Source of the DNA: Candidatus Lokiarchaeum ossiferum
Lineage (GTDB): Archaea; Asgardarchaeota; Lokiarchaeia; Sigyniarchaeales; Promethearchaeaceae
Length of the DNA: 32,000 bases
Assembly (NCBI GenBank): GCA_025839675.1
Contig: CP104013.1
Location: forward strand, 5,070,001-5,102,000
Reading direction: 5' to 3'
Positions 1-8,357 of this stretch are shown here, piece by piece (the stretch's first letter is position 1; the number at the start of each line of letters is the position of its first letter). The position numbers and the translations under genes are program-made. The notes beneath the pieces were generated by a model. It was not told where the DNA came from, made no database searches, and saw nothing but the letters and a program-made list of their open reading frames with translations.

Positions 1-284
1 TAATTCAAGAAAATATACCCGGAATGGGTATTTCTGTTGCTAAATCTTTTGATCCAGATTCTCGGAGTTATAATGTTAATTTTGACAAACTAAAAGATGC
101 TTTAAATCTTAAAAATGAATGGAATGTAAAAAAAGGTTCTAAAGAAATATATGAAAACTTAAAAAACTCTTCAATCACCAAGCAAGATTTTGAAAACAAG
201 GCATGTTATCGGTTGAAACAATTAGAGCAAGTTTTAGATCAATTTCCTAATTTTCTTTCAAAACAATTAGATGAGATTTGCTAA
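1..284 (+). CDS. C-terminal fragment of an extended-SDR NAD-dependent sugar epimerase/dehydratase (5' end lies left of the window)
   Basis: The frame is open from nt 3 to the TAA at 282-284, with no stop before the listed ATG at 24, so the gene runs off the left edge. The tail DPDSRSYNVNFDKLKDAL...CYRLKQLEQVL resembles, by eye, the C-terminal tail of polysaccharide-cluster NAD-dependent epimerase/dehydratases. It sits directly upstream of sugar-nucleotide genes. Confidence 0.5.
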   Translation, partial: IQENIPGMGISVAKSFDPDSRSYNVNFDKLKDALNLKNEWNVKKGSKEIYENLKNSSITKQDFENKACYRLKQLEQVLDQFPNFLSKQLDEIC

Positions 285-288
285 AATT

Positions 289-1158
289 ATGAAGAAAATT
301 GTAATAATTGGTTCAAATGGGCAATTAGGGCATGATATTAAAAAAATATTGAGTAATACATATGAAATCGTATCTTTAGAGCATAATAATTTTTCCATTG
401 AAAATGAAGAGTTAGTGCAAAAAAAACTCAAAGAAATATCTCCCGAAATTGTGATAAATACTGCCGCATTCCACAATTTGAATTTATGTGAAATTGATGT
501 CCAAAATGCTTTTTTGATTAATTCAATTGCCTTGAAATATCTATCTGATACGTGTAATCAAATTGAAGCAACCTTGGTACATTTTTCAACAGACTATGTT
601 TTTGGTGGAGATTCTCAAAGAAATTCACCTTATCGCGAAAAAGATTTTCCCTACCCTATTCAAATTTACGGTATATCAAAATTGGCTGGTGAAAATATTA
701 TTCGTCAGTATTGTAAAAAATATTTCTGTATACGTGTGTCTGGTTTATATGGAAAAAAAGGGACTCGAGCAAAGAAATTCTCAAATTTTGTAGAAATGAT
801 GATTAAACTTGGAAGAGATGCAGAGAAAGCAAATGAAAAGCTACCTTCCGCAATGGATCAAGTCTTAACATTTAACCCAACTGTTGAAGTTGCAAAAGTG
901 GTTGAAAAATTAATTAAAACTGATGCTTATGGATTGTATCATGCAACATGTGAAGGACAGTCAAGTAGGTTTGAGTTTTCCCAAGAGATATTTAAAATAC
1001 TTGATATCAATGTTGAATTAGTTGGTGTAAAATCTAGCTATTTTTCACCTAAATACAACCAACCTCATTATTCCGTTTTAGATAATGAAAAATTAAGTGA
1101 TCTAGGAATTGAAATGCCGCATTGGAAACCTGTTTTAAAAAAATATCTTAAAGATTGA
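289..1158 (+). CDS. RmlD-like NDP-4-dehydro-6-deoxyhexose reductase (RmlD substrate-binding family)
   Basis: N-terminal Rossmann MKKIVIIGSNGQLG. Further motifs: INTAAF, LVHFSTDYVFGG and catalytic YGISKLAGE (YxxxK). The ATG at 289 puts the Gly-rich loop at the usual position and lies 5 nt after the upstream stop. The longer track ORF starts at 271 and would overlap the upstream gene. Confidence 0.8.
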   Translation: MKKIVIIGSNGQLGHDIKKILSNTYEIVSLEHNNFSIENEELVQKKLKEISPEIVINTAAFHNLNLCEIDVQNAFLINSIALKYLSDTCNQIEATLVHFSTDYVFGGDSQRNSPYREKDFPYPIQIYGISKLAGENIIRQYCKKYFCIRVSGLYGKKGTRAKKFSNFVEMMIKLGRDAEKANEKLPSAMDQVLTFNPTVEVAKVVEKLIKTDAYGLYHATCEGQSSRFEFSQEIFKILDINVELVGVKSSYFSPKYNQPHYSVLDNEKLSDLGIEMPHWKPVLKKYLKD

Positions 1159-1349
1159 AGGTTCCACTTTTTTATTCTTTTAAAAACAATAGTCTGCTTC
1201 ACTTCAGCTAATAAAAAATCCTTAAAATAATTCCATGGACCTTCAAAATTCGGTATAGAAGGAACAATCAGAGTTTTTTCTGAGAAATTTTGTACTATGA
1301 AAACTTATATAAATTCTAGTATTGATTAGTTTTAACAGAGTTGAATAAT

Positions 1350-1799
1350 ATGATTGATGGTGTAGTTATCTATCCACTAAAACAAATTTGTGATGATCGT
1401 GGAAAAATCATGCATATGTTGAAATGCACTGATTCTCATTTTGAAGAATTTGGAGAAATTTATTTTTCCTTTATAAATCCAGGGATAATCAAAGGATGGC
1501 ATTGGCATGAAAAAATGATCTTGAATTATGCCGTTCCAATTGGAATGATAAAGCTTGTCTTATTTGATGGTCGAGAAAATTCTCCCACGAAAGGAGAAAT
1601 TCAAGAATTATATATCGGTGAATCAAATTATTGTTTAGTAAAAATACCAACTGGTGTGTGGAATGGAGTGATGTGCATTGGAACAAAAACAGCAATCATT
1701 GCTAATTGTGCTACTATTGATCATGATCCATCAGAAATGAAAAGAGCAGATCCACTTTCTGATTTTATTCCTTATGATTGGCAAATAAAAATGCGATAA
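1350..1799 (+). CDS. RmlC-like cupin sugar-nucleotide 3,5-epimerase (short SpsL-like form)
   Basis: Motifs DDRGKIMHML, IKGWHWHEKM, DGRENSPTKGE and VKIPTGVWNG match the RmlC/cupin pattern D-x-RG, RG-x-H, R-x-SPT-x-G, IP-x-G. The track starts at TTG 1341; the first ATG is at 1350. Confidence 0.7.
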   Translation: MIDGVVIYPLKQICDDRGKIMHMLKCTDSHFEEFGEIYFSFINPGIIKGWHWHEKMILNYAVPIGMIKLVLFDGRENSPTKGEIQELYIGESNYCLVKIPTGVWNGVMCIGTKTAIIANCATIDHDPSEMKRADPLSDFIPYDWQIKMR

Positions 1800-1815
1800 A
1801 GAACACATGTAAGAG

Positions 1816-3054
1816 TTGAAATTTAATTTGAAAATAACTAAATGTAGAGTATGTAAGAATGATAATTTTCACCAAATCTTAGATTTGGGGGAAACTCCCT
1901 TAGCTAATGCGTTTATTGAGAAAAAATCTAAGAAAAAAGAGCATTTCTATCCATTAAACGTAGTTTGGTGTGATAAATGCGGATTGTTAATGATTGATGA
2001 AGTTGTACCACCTGAAATTATGTTTAAAAATTATATTTACGTATCTGGAACATCCCCTACTTTAAAAAAACATTTCGGTGACTTAGCTCGCGATGCAATT
2101 TCAACCTATAATGTTAAACCAGGAGAACTTGTTGTAGATATTGCAAGTAATGATGGAACTTTGCTCAAAGAATTTAAAAACCAAGGTTTAAGTGTACAAG
2201 GAATCGATCCTGCTGAGAATATCTCGGAAATTGCACGCAATTCAGGAATTCCTACTGAGACAGATTTTATTAACGAAAAAGTTGCATTGAAAGTCAAAAA
2301 AAATATTGGTGCTGCAAAATTGATTACTGCCACTAATGTTGTTGCTCACATTAATGATTTGGATGAGTTATTCCGTTCTATCAAAATTATGTTACAACCA
2401 GATGGAATTTTTATTATAGAAGTCCCTTATATGGTTGATTTAATTGAAAATGTCGAATTTGATACAATCTATCATGAACATCTATCCTATTTTGCAGTTG
2501 GACCAATAAAAATTCTGTTTGATAATAATGATTTTAAATTGATTCGAGTGAAGCATGTTTCAATTCATGGTGGAACTATTCGTCTATTTGGTGCACGAAA
2601 AAATTCTTCCTTAAATATTGATAAAAGCGTTGAAGAATTCCTTATTCGGGAAGAGAGCATGAATGTGAATAAAATTGAGTATTACAAAAATTTTGCTTTA
2701 AAAGTTGAAAATTTAAAAGTGAATTTATTGAAGACTCTCAAAGATATCAAAGAGAATGGTAAAAAAATTGCTGGATATGGAGCTTCTGCAAAAGGAAATA
2801 CTCTTTTAAATTATTTTGGTATCGATAATTTGACTTTAGAATATATAGGGGATCTAAATAAACTAAAACAGAACCAAATTACCCCGGGAACTCACATTCC
2901 AGTGGTAAATCCAATATTAATCAAAGAGAATCAAATTGATTACCTCCTTATCTTGGCTTGGAATTTTAAAACTGAAATAATGAAACAACAAAATTATATT
3001 CGTGAATGGGGGGGGAAATTTATCATCCCAATCCCTCAAGTTGAAATCTTGTAA
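1816..3054 (+). CDS. NDP-hexose C-methyltransferase (TylCIII-like; Zn-ribbon plus class I SAM MTase plus C-methyltransferase C-terminal domain)
   Basis: N-terminal CRVC...(x35)...CDKC zinc-ribbon pattern, SAM motif VVDIASNDGTLL, and a C-terminal second Rossmann GYGASAKGNTLLNY. TTG start: there is an in-frame TAA two codons upstream and no ATG before the Cys motif. Confidence 0.75.
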   Translation: MKFNLKITKCRVCKNDNFHQILDLGETPLANAFIEKKSKKKEHFYPLNVVWCDKCGLLMIDEVVPPEIMFKNYIYVSGTSPTLKKHFGDLARDAISTYNVKPGELVVDIASNDGTLLKEFKNQGLSVQGIDPAENISEIARNSGIPTETDFINEKVALKVKKNIGAAKLITATNVVAHINDLDELFRSIKIMLQPDGIFIIEVPYMVDLIENVEFDTIYHEHLSYFAVGPIKILFDNNDFKLIRVKHVSIHGGTIRLFGARKNSSLNIDKSVEEFLIREESMNVNKIEYYKNFALKVENLKVNLLKTLKDIKENGKKIAGYGASAKGNTLLNYFGIDNLTLEYIGDLNKLKQNQITPGTHIPVVNPILIKENQIDYLLILAWNFKTEIMKQQNYIREWGGKFIIPIPQVEIL

Positions 3055-3134
3055 AATAACAAATTCTTTTTCAAATTATAAATACTCCTTTTTTTTTAAA
3101 AAAAATTAATAAACTAATCAATTGAATTTCAAAT

Positions 3135-3140
3135 AGGTGA
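3135..3140 (+). promoter_or_regulatory. Shine-Dalgarno-like AGGTGA, 6 nt upstream of the TTG start of rfbF
   Basis: Read directly: aataAGGTGAaaaaacTTG. Confidence 0.55.
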
Positions 3141-3146
3141 AAAAAC

Positions 3147-3917
3147 TTGAAATGCGTTATATTTTGCGGTGGTAAAGGGACAAGATTGAGGGAAGAAACG
3201 AAATTTATCCCAAAACCTTTGGTAGAAGTTGGTGGGAGACCAATATTATGGCATATCATGAAAATTTATTCAAGTTATGGCATAAATGATTTTATTTTGC
3301 CCTTAGGATATAAAGGGGATATGATTATTCGCTATTTTATGGAATATCAATGGAGAAATTCAGATGTCACTTTAAATTTAAAATCAAATCATATAAAGAT
3401 TGAAAATAACGATGAAATTGAAGGCTGGAATATTACTTTTGTAGACACTGGAATGGAAAGTAAAACTGCTTTAAGATTACATAAAGTAAAGAAATATCTG
3501 GAAGGAGAAGATAATTTTTGTCTCACATACGGAGATGGAGTTGCCAATGTGAATATAAAAAATCTTGTGGACTATCATCTCAAACACAATAAAATTGTTT
3601 CAATTACAGGATTGCATCCAAGATCAAAATATGGTCTAATGTTAAAAGATGAAGATAACATCATCACTAAATTTGAGGAAAAACCTATTTTAAAGGAATC
3701 TGTTAATGGAGGTTTTATGGTCATAAATAAACGAATTTTCAATTACATTACGGATGAAAATTTAATGTTAGTTGAATCAGTTCTACCAAAACTTGCAAAA
3801 GAAAGTGAGATTAAGGTATATAATTTTGATGGATTTTGGCATTGTATGGATACTTATCGAGACTATGAAGATTTGAATCGTATGTGGAATGATAAACCTC
3901 TTTGGAAAATATGGTAA
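3147..3917 (+). CDS. rfbF: Glucose-1-phosphate cytidylyltransferase (CDP-glucose pyrophosphorylase)
   Basis: MKCVIFCGGKGTRLREETKFIPKPLVEVGGRPILWHIMKIY is the canonical RfbF N-terminus, and the length (256 aa) is typical. TTG start with AGGTGA 6 nt upstream and an in-frame TGA at 3138-3140. Confidence 0.9.
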   Translation: MKCVIFCGGKGTRLREETKFIPKPLVEVGGRPILWHIMKIYSSYGINDFILPLGYKGDMIIRYFMEYQWRNSDVTLNLKSNHIKIENNDEIEGWNITFVDTGMESKTALRLHKVKKYLEGEDNFCLTYGDGVANVNIKNLVDYHLKHNKIVSITGLHPRSKYGLMLKDEDNIITKFEEKPILKESVNGGFMVINKRIFNYITDENLMLVESVLPKLAKESEIKVYNFDGFWHCMDTYRDYEDLNRMWNDKPLWKIW

Positions 3918-3918
3918 G

Positions 3919-3927
3919 TTTTTTTTT
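3919..3927 (+). terminator. Oligo-T (T9) tract 1 nt after the rfbF stop codon
   Basis: Read directly: TAAgTTTTTTTTTcc. Oligo-T tracts are the established archaeal termination signal. Confidence 0.5.
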
Positions 3928-4096
3928 CCGAATCATAAATTTTAATATAAAATATTTTTTTAACAAACCAGAATTCATTTTTCTAATTGAATTAGGTATT
4001 GTAGAAATTGAAAACTAAACCTAAATAAATAACCCAGAAAAAATATATTGAGTTATTAACTTCATTGCTAGAAATAAACTAAAAACTACTTTAATT

Positions 4097-4101
4097 AGGA
4101 G
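4097..4101 (+). promoter_or_regulatory. Shine-Dalgarno-like AGGAG, 10 nt upstream of ATG 4112
   Basis: Read directly: ttAGGAGatttattgaaATG. Confidence 0.45.
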
Positions 4102-4111
4102 ATTTATTGAA

Positions 4112-4846
4112 ATGGATCCGATTGAGGAATTTAAAAAAGAACGTGCTAAAGATATGGAATTGATGTCGAAAGACAAAGAATTGAGTCAAAAATCGATAGA
4201 GTGGATGATTCATGCGGAAAAATACAAATATACATATAATTATTCATGGTTAGGTCGCCCAATAATAAAATATCCAAATGATATCGTACTGCAACAGGAA
4301 ATAATCTGGGAATTCAAACCAGATTTGATTATTGAAACAGGAATTGCACATGGAGGTAGTATAATTCTTTCTGCTTCGATGTTAGAATTACTTAGGGGTG
4401 ATGGGCTAGTTGTAGGTGTGGATATAGATATTCGAAAACATAATCGAGATGAGATAGAAAAACATCCATTATTCAAACGTATTAAATTGATTGAAGGTTC
4501 TTCTACTTCAGACCATGTAATGGATCAAATTCGTAAAATTGCTCAAAATAAAAAAAGAATTATGGTCTTTCTTGATTCTCTTCACACTCATGATCATGTC
4601 TTAGATGAGATGAAATGTTATTCTCCATTTGTCAGTGTTGGATCGTACCTTGTTGTATCGGACACGTTCATTGAGTTTTTCCCTGAGGGTCATTATTCAA
4701 ATCGTCCATGGGATCGTGGGGATAATCCATATACTGCAGTTCAAGAATTTTTATCTGAGAATGATGGCTTTGAAATTGATACAAAAAAAGAGAGTAAATT
4801 ACTGATAACAGAAGGTATTAGTGGTTGGTTAAAAAGAATTAAGTAA
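4112..4846 (+). CDS. CmcI (cephalosporin hydroxylase) family SAM-dependent O-methyltransferase, probable sugar O-methyltransferase
   Basis: Motifs WLGRPIIKYPNDIVLQQEIIWEFKPDLIIETGIAHGGS, VVGVDIDIR, LIEGSS, FLDSLHTHDHVL and GSYLVVSDT match the CmcI family pattern. An AGGAG lies 10 nt upstream of the ATG. Confidence 0.8.
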   Translation: MDPIEEFKKERAKDMELMSKDKELSQKSIEWMIHAEKYKYTYNYSWLGRPIIKYPNDIVLQQEIIWEFKPDLIIETGIAHGGSIILSASMLELLRGDGLVVGVDIDIRKHNRDEIEKHPLFKRIKLIEGSSTSDHVMDQIRKIAQNKKRIMVFLDSLHTHDHVLDEMKCYSPFVSVGSYLVVSDTFIEFFPEGHYSNRPWDRGDNPYTAVQEFLSENDGFEIDTKKESKLLITEGISGWLKRIK

Positions 4847-4854
4847 AAATTTTA

Positions 4855-4863
4855 TTTTTTTTT
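4855..4863 (+). terminator. Oligo-T (T9) tract 8 nt after the CmcI-like stop codon
   Basis: Read directly: TAAaaattttaTTTTTTTTTa. Confidence 0.5.
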
Positions 4864-4890
4864 ATTCGGGAGAATTATGTGCCCGGAATA
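4863..4890. terminator. G/C-containing hairpin in the convergent gap (possible bidirectional terminator element)
   Basis: TATTCGGG (4863-4870) pairs with CCCGGAATA (4882-4890): 8 bp with one bulged G and an 11-nt loop. It is flanked by T9 on the plus strand and, on the minus strand, a T7 (A-run 4933-4939) 10 nt after the aminotransferase stop. Confidence 0.35.
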
Positions 4891-4948
4891 TTTTCCTTCA
4901 GCCATAAAATGTGCTATAATTAAGAACGAGATAAAAAAAGTGAAATAA

Positions 4949-6091
4949 TTATTTTTTAAGAAAGAATTCTTTTATAGAATCTATTATATAATTTTGTTCT
5001 TCTTCAGAAAAAGTTAAGGAAATCGGTAATGTTAATATTTTCTTGGATATTTTTTCCGTCACTGGCAAATATCCTTCAGAATATTTATATTTCAACTTAT
5101 AATAACTCTTTAAATGTATTGGGGCGAAATAAATTTTAGTAAAAATGTTTCGTTTCATCAAATAATCTTGAAGTTCTTCTCTTACAAAAGGATCTTTTAC
5201 TAAAATACTATAAAGTTGGTATACATTCCTAGATCCAAAATATTCTGGTAATATTTCTATTTCCGAAATATCTTTTAGGTTTTTATCATAGTAGTTGCCA
5301 ATTTTACGCCTTTTTTTGATTAAAAATTCAATTTTTTCGAGTTGAGATATTCCTAAAGCAGCACATATGGTTGGCATTCGATAATTATAACCTACTTGAA
5401 CATAATCTTCCATATGAATATCGGAGAAATAGTCAATATTCTTTTGTTCTACCCGACCATGTGATCTTATTAATATTAATTTCTCATATAAATCTTGATC
5501 ATTGGTTATAATTGCTCCTCCTTCTCCAGTAGGTAAAATTTTGTTCTGACAAAAACTTAATATTGCAGAATCTCCAATTGTGCCGGCATAAAAGTTGTCA
5601 ATTTTTGCTCCAAAGCTTTCTGCATTATCTTCTATCAACAATAAATTGTTCTTTACTGCAATGTCTTTCAATTTATGAATATTTTTGCATACTTTGCCAC
5701 CGTAGTGTACTGGAATGATTGCCTTAGTTTTTGAAGTAATTTTTCGTTCAACATCAACGGGATCTAAACCCAGGGTTTCATCTTCAATATCAGCAAAAAT
5801 TGGAGTGGCTCCAGCCAAAATTACCGCATTTGCAGTTGCAATAAAAGTGAAGGATGGTACAATCACTTCTCCACTTGTTATTCCATATGCGAGTAGTAAT
5901 GAATGGAGTGCAGCTGTGCCATTACAAAATGCAAGAGCATACTTACAATTAAAGAACTCACTTATTTTCTTTTCGAATTCTTTAATTTCTGGACCAACAG
6001 CCCAATATGAGCCCCGCTTTATAATATTGGAAACATTTTCAACATCCGATTTATCCCAATATATATCAAATAATGGAAATTTTGTCCTCAT
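4949..6091 (-). CDS. DegT/DnrJ/EryC1/StrS-family PLP-dependent sugar-nucleotide 4-aminotransferase (PglE/LegC/PseC-like)
   Basis: Motifs CNGTAALHSLL, VIVPSFTFIATAN, LIEDNAESFG and SFCQNKILPTGEGG (Schiff-base Lys). It starts 6 nt after the stop of the upstream dehydratase gene. Confidence 0.9.
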   Translation of the reverse strand: MRTKFPLFDIYWDKSDVENVSNIIKRGSYWAVGPEIKEFEKKISEFFNCKYALAFCNGTAALHSLLLAYGITSGEVIVPSFTFIATANAVILAGATPIFADIEDETLGLDPVDVERKITSKTKAIIPVHYGGKVCKNIHKLKDIAVKNNLLLIEDNAESFGAKIDNFYAGTIGDSAILSFCQNKILPTGEGGAIITNDQDLYEKLILIRSHGRVEQKNIDYFSDIHMEDYVQVGYNYRMPTICAALGISQLEKIEFLIKKRRKIGNYYDKNLKDISEIEILPEYFGSRNVYQLYSILVKDPFVREELQDYLMKRNIFTKIYFAPIHLKSYYKLKYKYSEGYLPVTEKISKKILTLPISLTFSEEEQNYIIDSIKEFFLKK

Positions 6092-6097
6092 TTTCTC

Positions 6098-7153
6098 TCA
6101 CTTTAACAAATCTAAATCATTTAACAAAGCACTTATTTCTCCTTTTGTTAATGGAGTTTGATTTTCAGTACTATAAATAAAATCTTCATTCACCTTTACT
6201 TTTTGATAATCTGTATTTCTGGGCAATCTTTCATGAACATCAAATCCTAATGAAGGATAGATGATATATAGATCATCAGTATCATAACAACTAACATACT
6301 CTATTGGAGATATTAATTCTTCATCATATTTTTCTCCAATTCTAGGACCGGCAATTTTGATCTGTATTGAATCTGGATTTTTTCCGATTTTAGGTGCATA
6401 CTCTTCAATTATTACTTCAATAAGGTCTCTAATGAAGATAGTATTCATTTTTAAAACAAAAATTTCACTACCTTGTGATTTTGTCATAGCTCTTAAAACT
6501 AAATTAACCGCTTGATCAATCGACATGAAAAATCTTTTCATTTTTTCTCCAGTCAAAGTCACTTCATTCCCGGATTTAATATTGTTTTTAATTAATGGTA
6601 TTATTGATCCTCTTGATCCTAAAACATTACCAAATCTAACACAGGAAATTTTTAATTTATGAGTGCCTTTTGAGCAGCTTTTCGAAATACATATTCGTTC
6701 ACCTAACATTTTTGTTGCTCCCATCGCGGTTGTAGGAGAAACTGCTTTATCAGTAGAAATGTGAATTAAATTTTTTATTTTCATTTCAACTGCAGCTTCA
6801 ATGATGTTTTCCAGCCCCAGTACATTAACTGTGATTGCTTCCATTGGATTATATTCACTTATTGGAACATGTTTTATTGCAGCGGCATTGAAAACATAAT
6901 CCATTTCATCCATTGCTTTTTTTACTCTTTTATAGTCCCTGATATCTCCGAGCAAGAACCTTAATTTTTTTGTGTGACTTTCTAATTTTACCTTCATTTC
7001 CCATAATTCATTTTCTGAATTAGAAAGTATACGAATAACTTTAGGATTATATTTTAGCAGTTGGATCACTATTTCAGAACCAATTGTGCCTGTTCCACCC
7101 GTGACCAAAATGGATTTATCTTGAAAAAAATTTAGAAGGTCTTTGTATTCCAT
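6098..7153 (-). CDS. UDP-N-acetylglucosamine 4,6-dehydratase, Polysacc_synt_2 (CapD/PglF/PseB/FlaA1) family
   Basis: Motifs ILVTGGTGTIGSE, GDIRD, VFNAAAIKHVP and ISTDKAVSPTTAMGATKMLGE. The track ORF begins at TTG 7204 with a hydrophobic 17-aa leader. ATG 7153 (MEYKDLL) is preferred and has a TTTTTTAAA box about 22-31 nt upstream. Inverting versus retaining chemistry cannot be decided by eye. Confidence 0.85.
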   Translation of the reverse strand: MEYKDLLNFFQDKSILVTGGTGTIGSEIVIQLLKYNPKVIRILSNSENELWEMKVKLESHTKKLRFLLGDIRDYKRVKKAMDEMDYVFNAAAIKHVPISEYNPMEAITVNVLGLENIIEAAVEMKIKNLIHISTDKAVSPTTAMGATKMLGERICISKSCSKGTHKLKISCVRFGNVLGSRGSIIPLIKNNIKSGNEVTLTGEKMKRFFMSIDQAVNLVLRAMTKSQGSEIFVLKMNTIFIRDLIEVIIEEYAPKIGKNPDSIQIKIAGPRIGEKYDEELISPIEYVSCYDTDDLYIIYPSLGFDVHERLPRNTDYQKVKVNEDFIYSTENQTPLTKGEISALLNDLDLLK

Positions 7154-7276
7154 AATGTATAATATTCGTAGATTGTTTAAAAAATTGATAAATACAAGAA
7201 TCAAAGAGATATTTTTGTTTGAAGATAAGTCAATTCTCTAATTAAATTTTTAAAGAAATATAAATATCGTTTAATC
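7154..7276. promoter_or_regulatory. Divergent promoter region (dehydratase operon to the left, FemAB-like gene to the right)
   Basis: A/T boxes lie at archaeal TATA-like distances from the starts. TTTTTAAA (7246-7253) is 24-31 nt upstream of GTG 7277. TTTTTTAAAC on the minus strand (7175-7184) is 22-31 nt upstream of ATG 7153. Such boxes are frequent by chance in DNA this AT-rich. Confidence 0.35.
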
Positions 7277-8356
7277 GTGCAAATATTAAACACAAAATCA
7301 TCTTGGAATGAGGTATTAAAAAAAAAATTTCCAAAATTTAATGATATTTATTTTTGCTATGAGTATTTCCAAATATACTCTGAAAATTATAATGGTGTAC
7401 CGGAGGCTATTTATTGGGCAGATTCTAACGTTGAAATTTTTTGGACTCACATTGTTAGAGGGATTGATCATCTTAATTTAAATAAGAATTATGAGTTCTT
7501 TGATCTTACCACTCCATACGGATATGGTGGGCCATTATTCAATATTTTGAATGATAAAGGGGTAAAAGAATCGATTTTAATTTTTTTTAAGGAGTACTCA
7601 ATTTATTGTAAAAAGAACAATTACATAAGTGAATTCATACGTTTTCATCCTTTGCTTAAAAACCATAAACTATTAACTGATATAAGTGAGATTCAGCTTC
7701 AATATCTAAATGATGTCGTTGCTATTGATTTAACCAAAGATAAACCTGATATTTTTAGTAATTTTAAAAAGAATAAAAGATATCAGATTAGAAAATCCGA
7801 GAAAATGGAATGTAAAGTCATAATTGACGAAAATCCGCAATTATCAGACATTAAAAGTTTTATAGACTTATACTATCAGACTATGGACAAGAACACTGCT
7901 TCAAATAAGTATTATTTCTCTGAAAAATTCATTCTAAATCACTTTGAAATGCTTCATGGTAGAATAATTGTAGCTAAAGCAATATTGGCTTCAGAAATTG
8001 TTGGCATGAGTTTGTTTATATTTGGTAATGAATATATTCACTATCACTTATCTGGTAGTAAAAAGATCAAAGGCTTATACCCCTCAGACATGATTCTCTG
8101 GTATATTGTAAAATGGGCAAAAACACAGAATAATAAATGTTTCAATTGGTTTCATTTGGGAGGTGGCAGAGGTACTAATGATAGTTTATTTAAGTTCAAA
8201 TCCGGATTTTCCCAACACACATTTCCATTCTATCTTGGTAAAATAATCTTCTGCCCAAAGGAATATGAGAAGTTAAGCAAAAAAAATCCGAATTGTGAAG
8301 AAAATGAAACATTTTTTCCACCATACAGAAAAGGATTTGATGAAAATATTATATAA
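7277..8356 (+). CDS. FemAB/BioF2-like GNAT-fold acyl(aminoacyl)transferase
   Basis: Motifs FKKNKRYQIRKSEK, a central MSLFIFGNEYIHYHLSGS, and LWYIVKWAKTQNNKCFNWFHLGGG resemble FemAB/Acetyltransf_6 proteins found in glycan loci. GTG start. Confidence 0.6.
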   Translation: MQILNTKSSWNEVLKKKFPKFNDIYFCYEYFQIYSENYNGVPEAIYWADSNVEIFWTHIVRGIDHLNLNKNYEFFDLTTPYGYGGPLFNILNDKGVKESILIFFKEYSIYCKKNNYISEFIRFHPLLKNHKLLTDISEIQLQYLNDVVAIDLTKDKPDIFSNFKKNKRYQIRKSEKMECKVIIDENPQLSDIKSFIDLYYQTMDKNTASNKYYFSEKFILNHFEMLHGRIIVAKAILASEIVGMSLFIFGNEYIHYHLSGSKKIKGLYPSDMILWYIVKWAKTQNNKCFNWFHLGGGRGTNDSLFKFKSGFSQHTFPFYLGKIIFCPKEYEKLSKKNPNCEENETFFPPYRKGFDENII

Positions 8357-8357
8357 T

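Noticed and set aside
271-288. Longer start (ATG 271) for the RmlD-like gene
   Set aside because: It would overlap the upstream gene by 14 nt and add MRFAKI in front of the Rossmann strand. ATG 289 gives the canonical MKKIVIIGSNGQLG N-terminus. The choice is not certain.
1068-1304. Open minus-strand frame of about 79 codons across the rmlD-like 3' end and the 182-bp spacer (...EKTLIVPSIPNFEGPWNYFKDFLLAEVKQTIVFKRIKKW...)
   Set aside because: It has no ATG, GTG or TTG start, overlaps a well-supported gene antisense, and has no recognisable motif. It is probably a chance open frame in AT-rich DNA. A BLASTX search would settle it.
5715-6161. 148-aa plus-strand ORF spanning the aminotransferase/dehydratase junction
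   Set aside because: It is entirely antisense to two genes with strong family motifs. Its composition is low-complexity and Ser/Ile-rich with no recognisable motif, so it is a shadow ORF. The same reasoning applies to 267-476, 563-793, 1489-1695, 2106-2333, 3071-3259, 4240-4476, 9503-9763, 10881-11066, 11308-11490, 11854-12054, 12784-12978, 16512-16754, 18568-18783, 18791-18979, 21120-21311 and 26969-27151.
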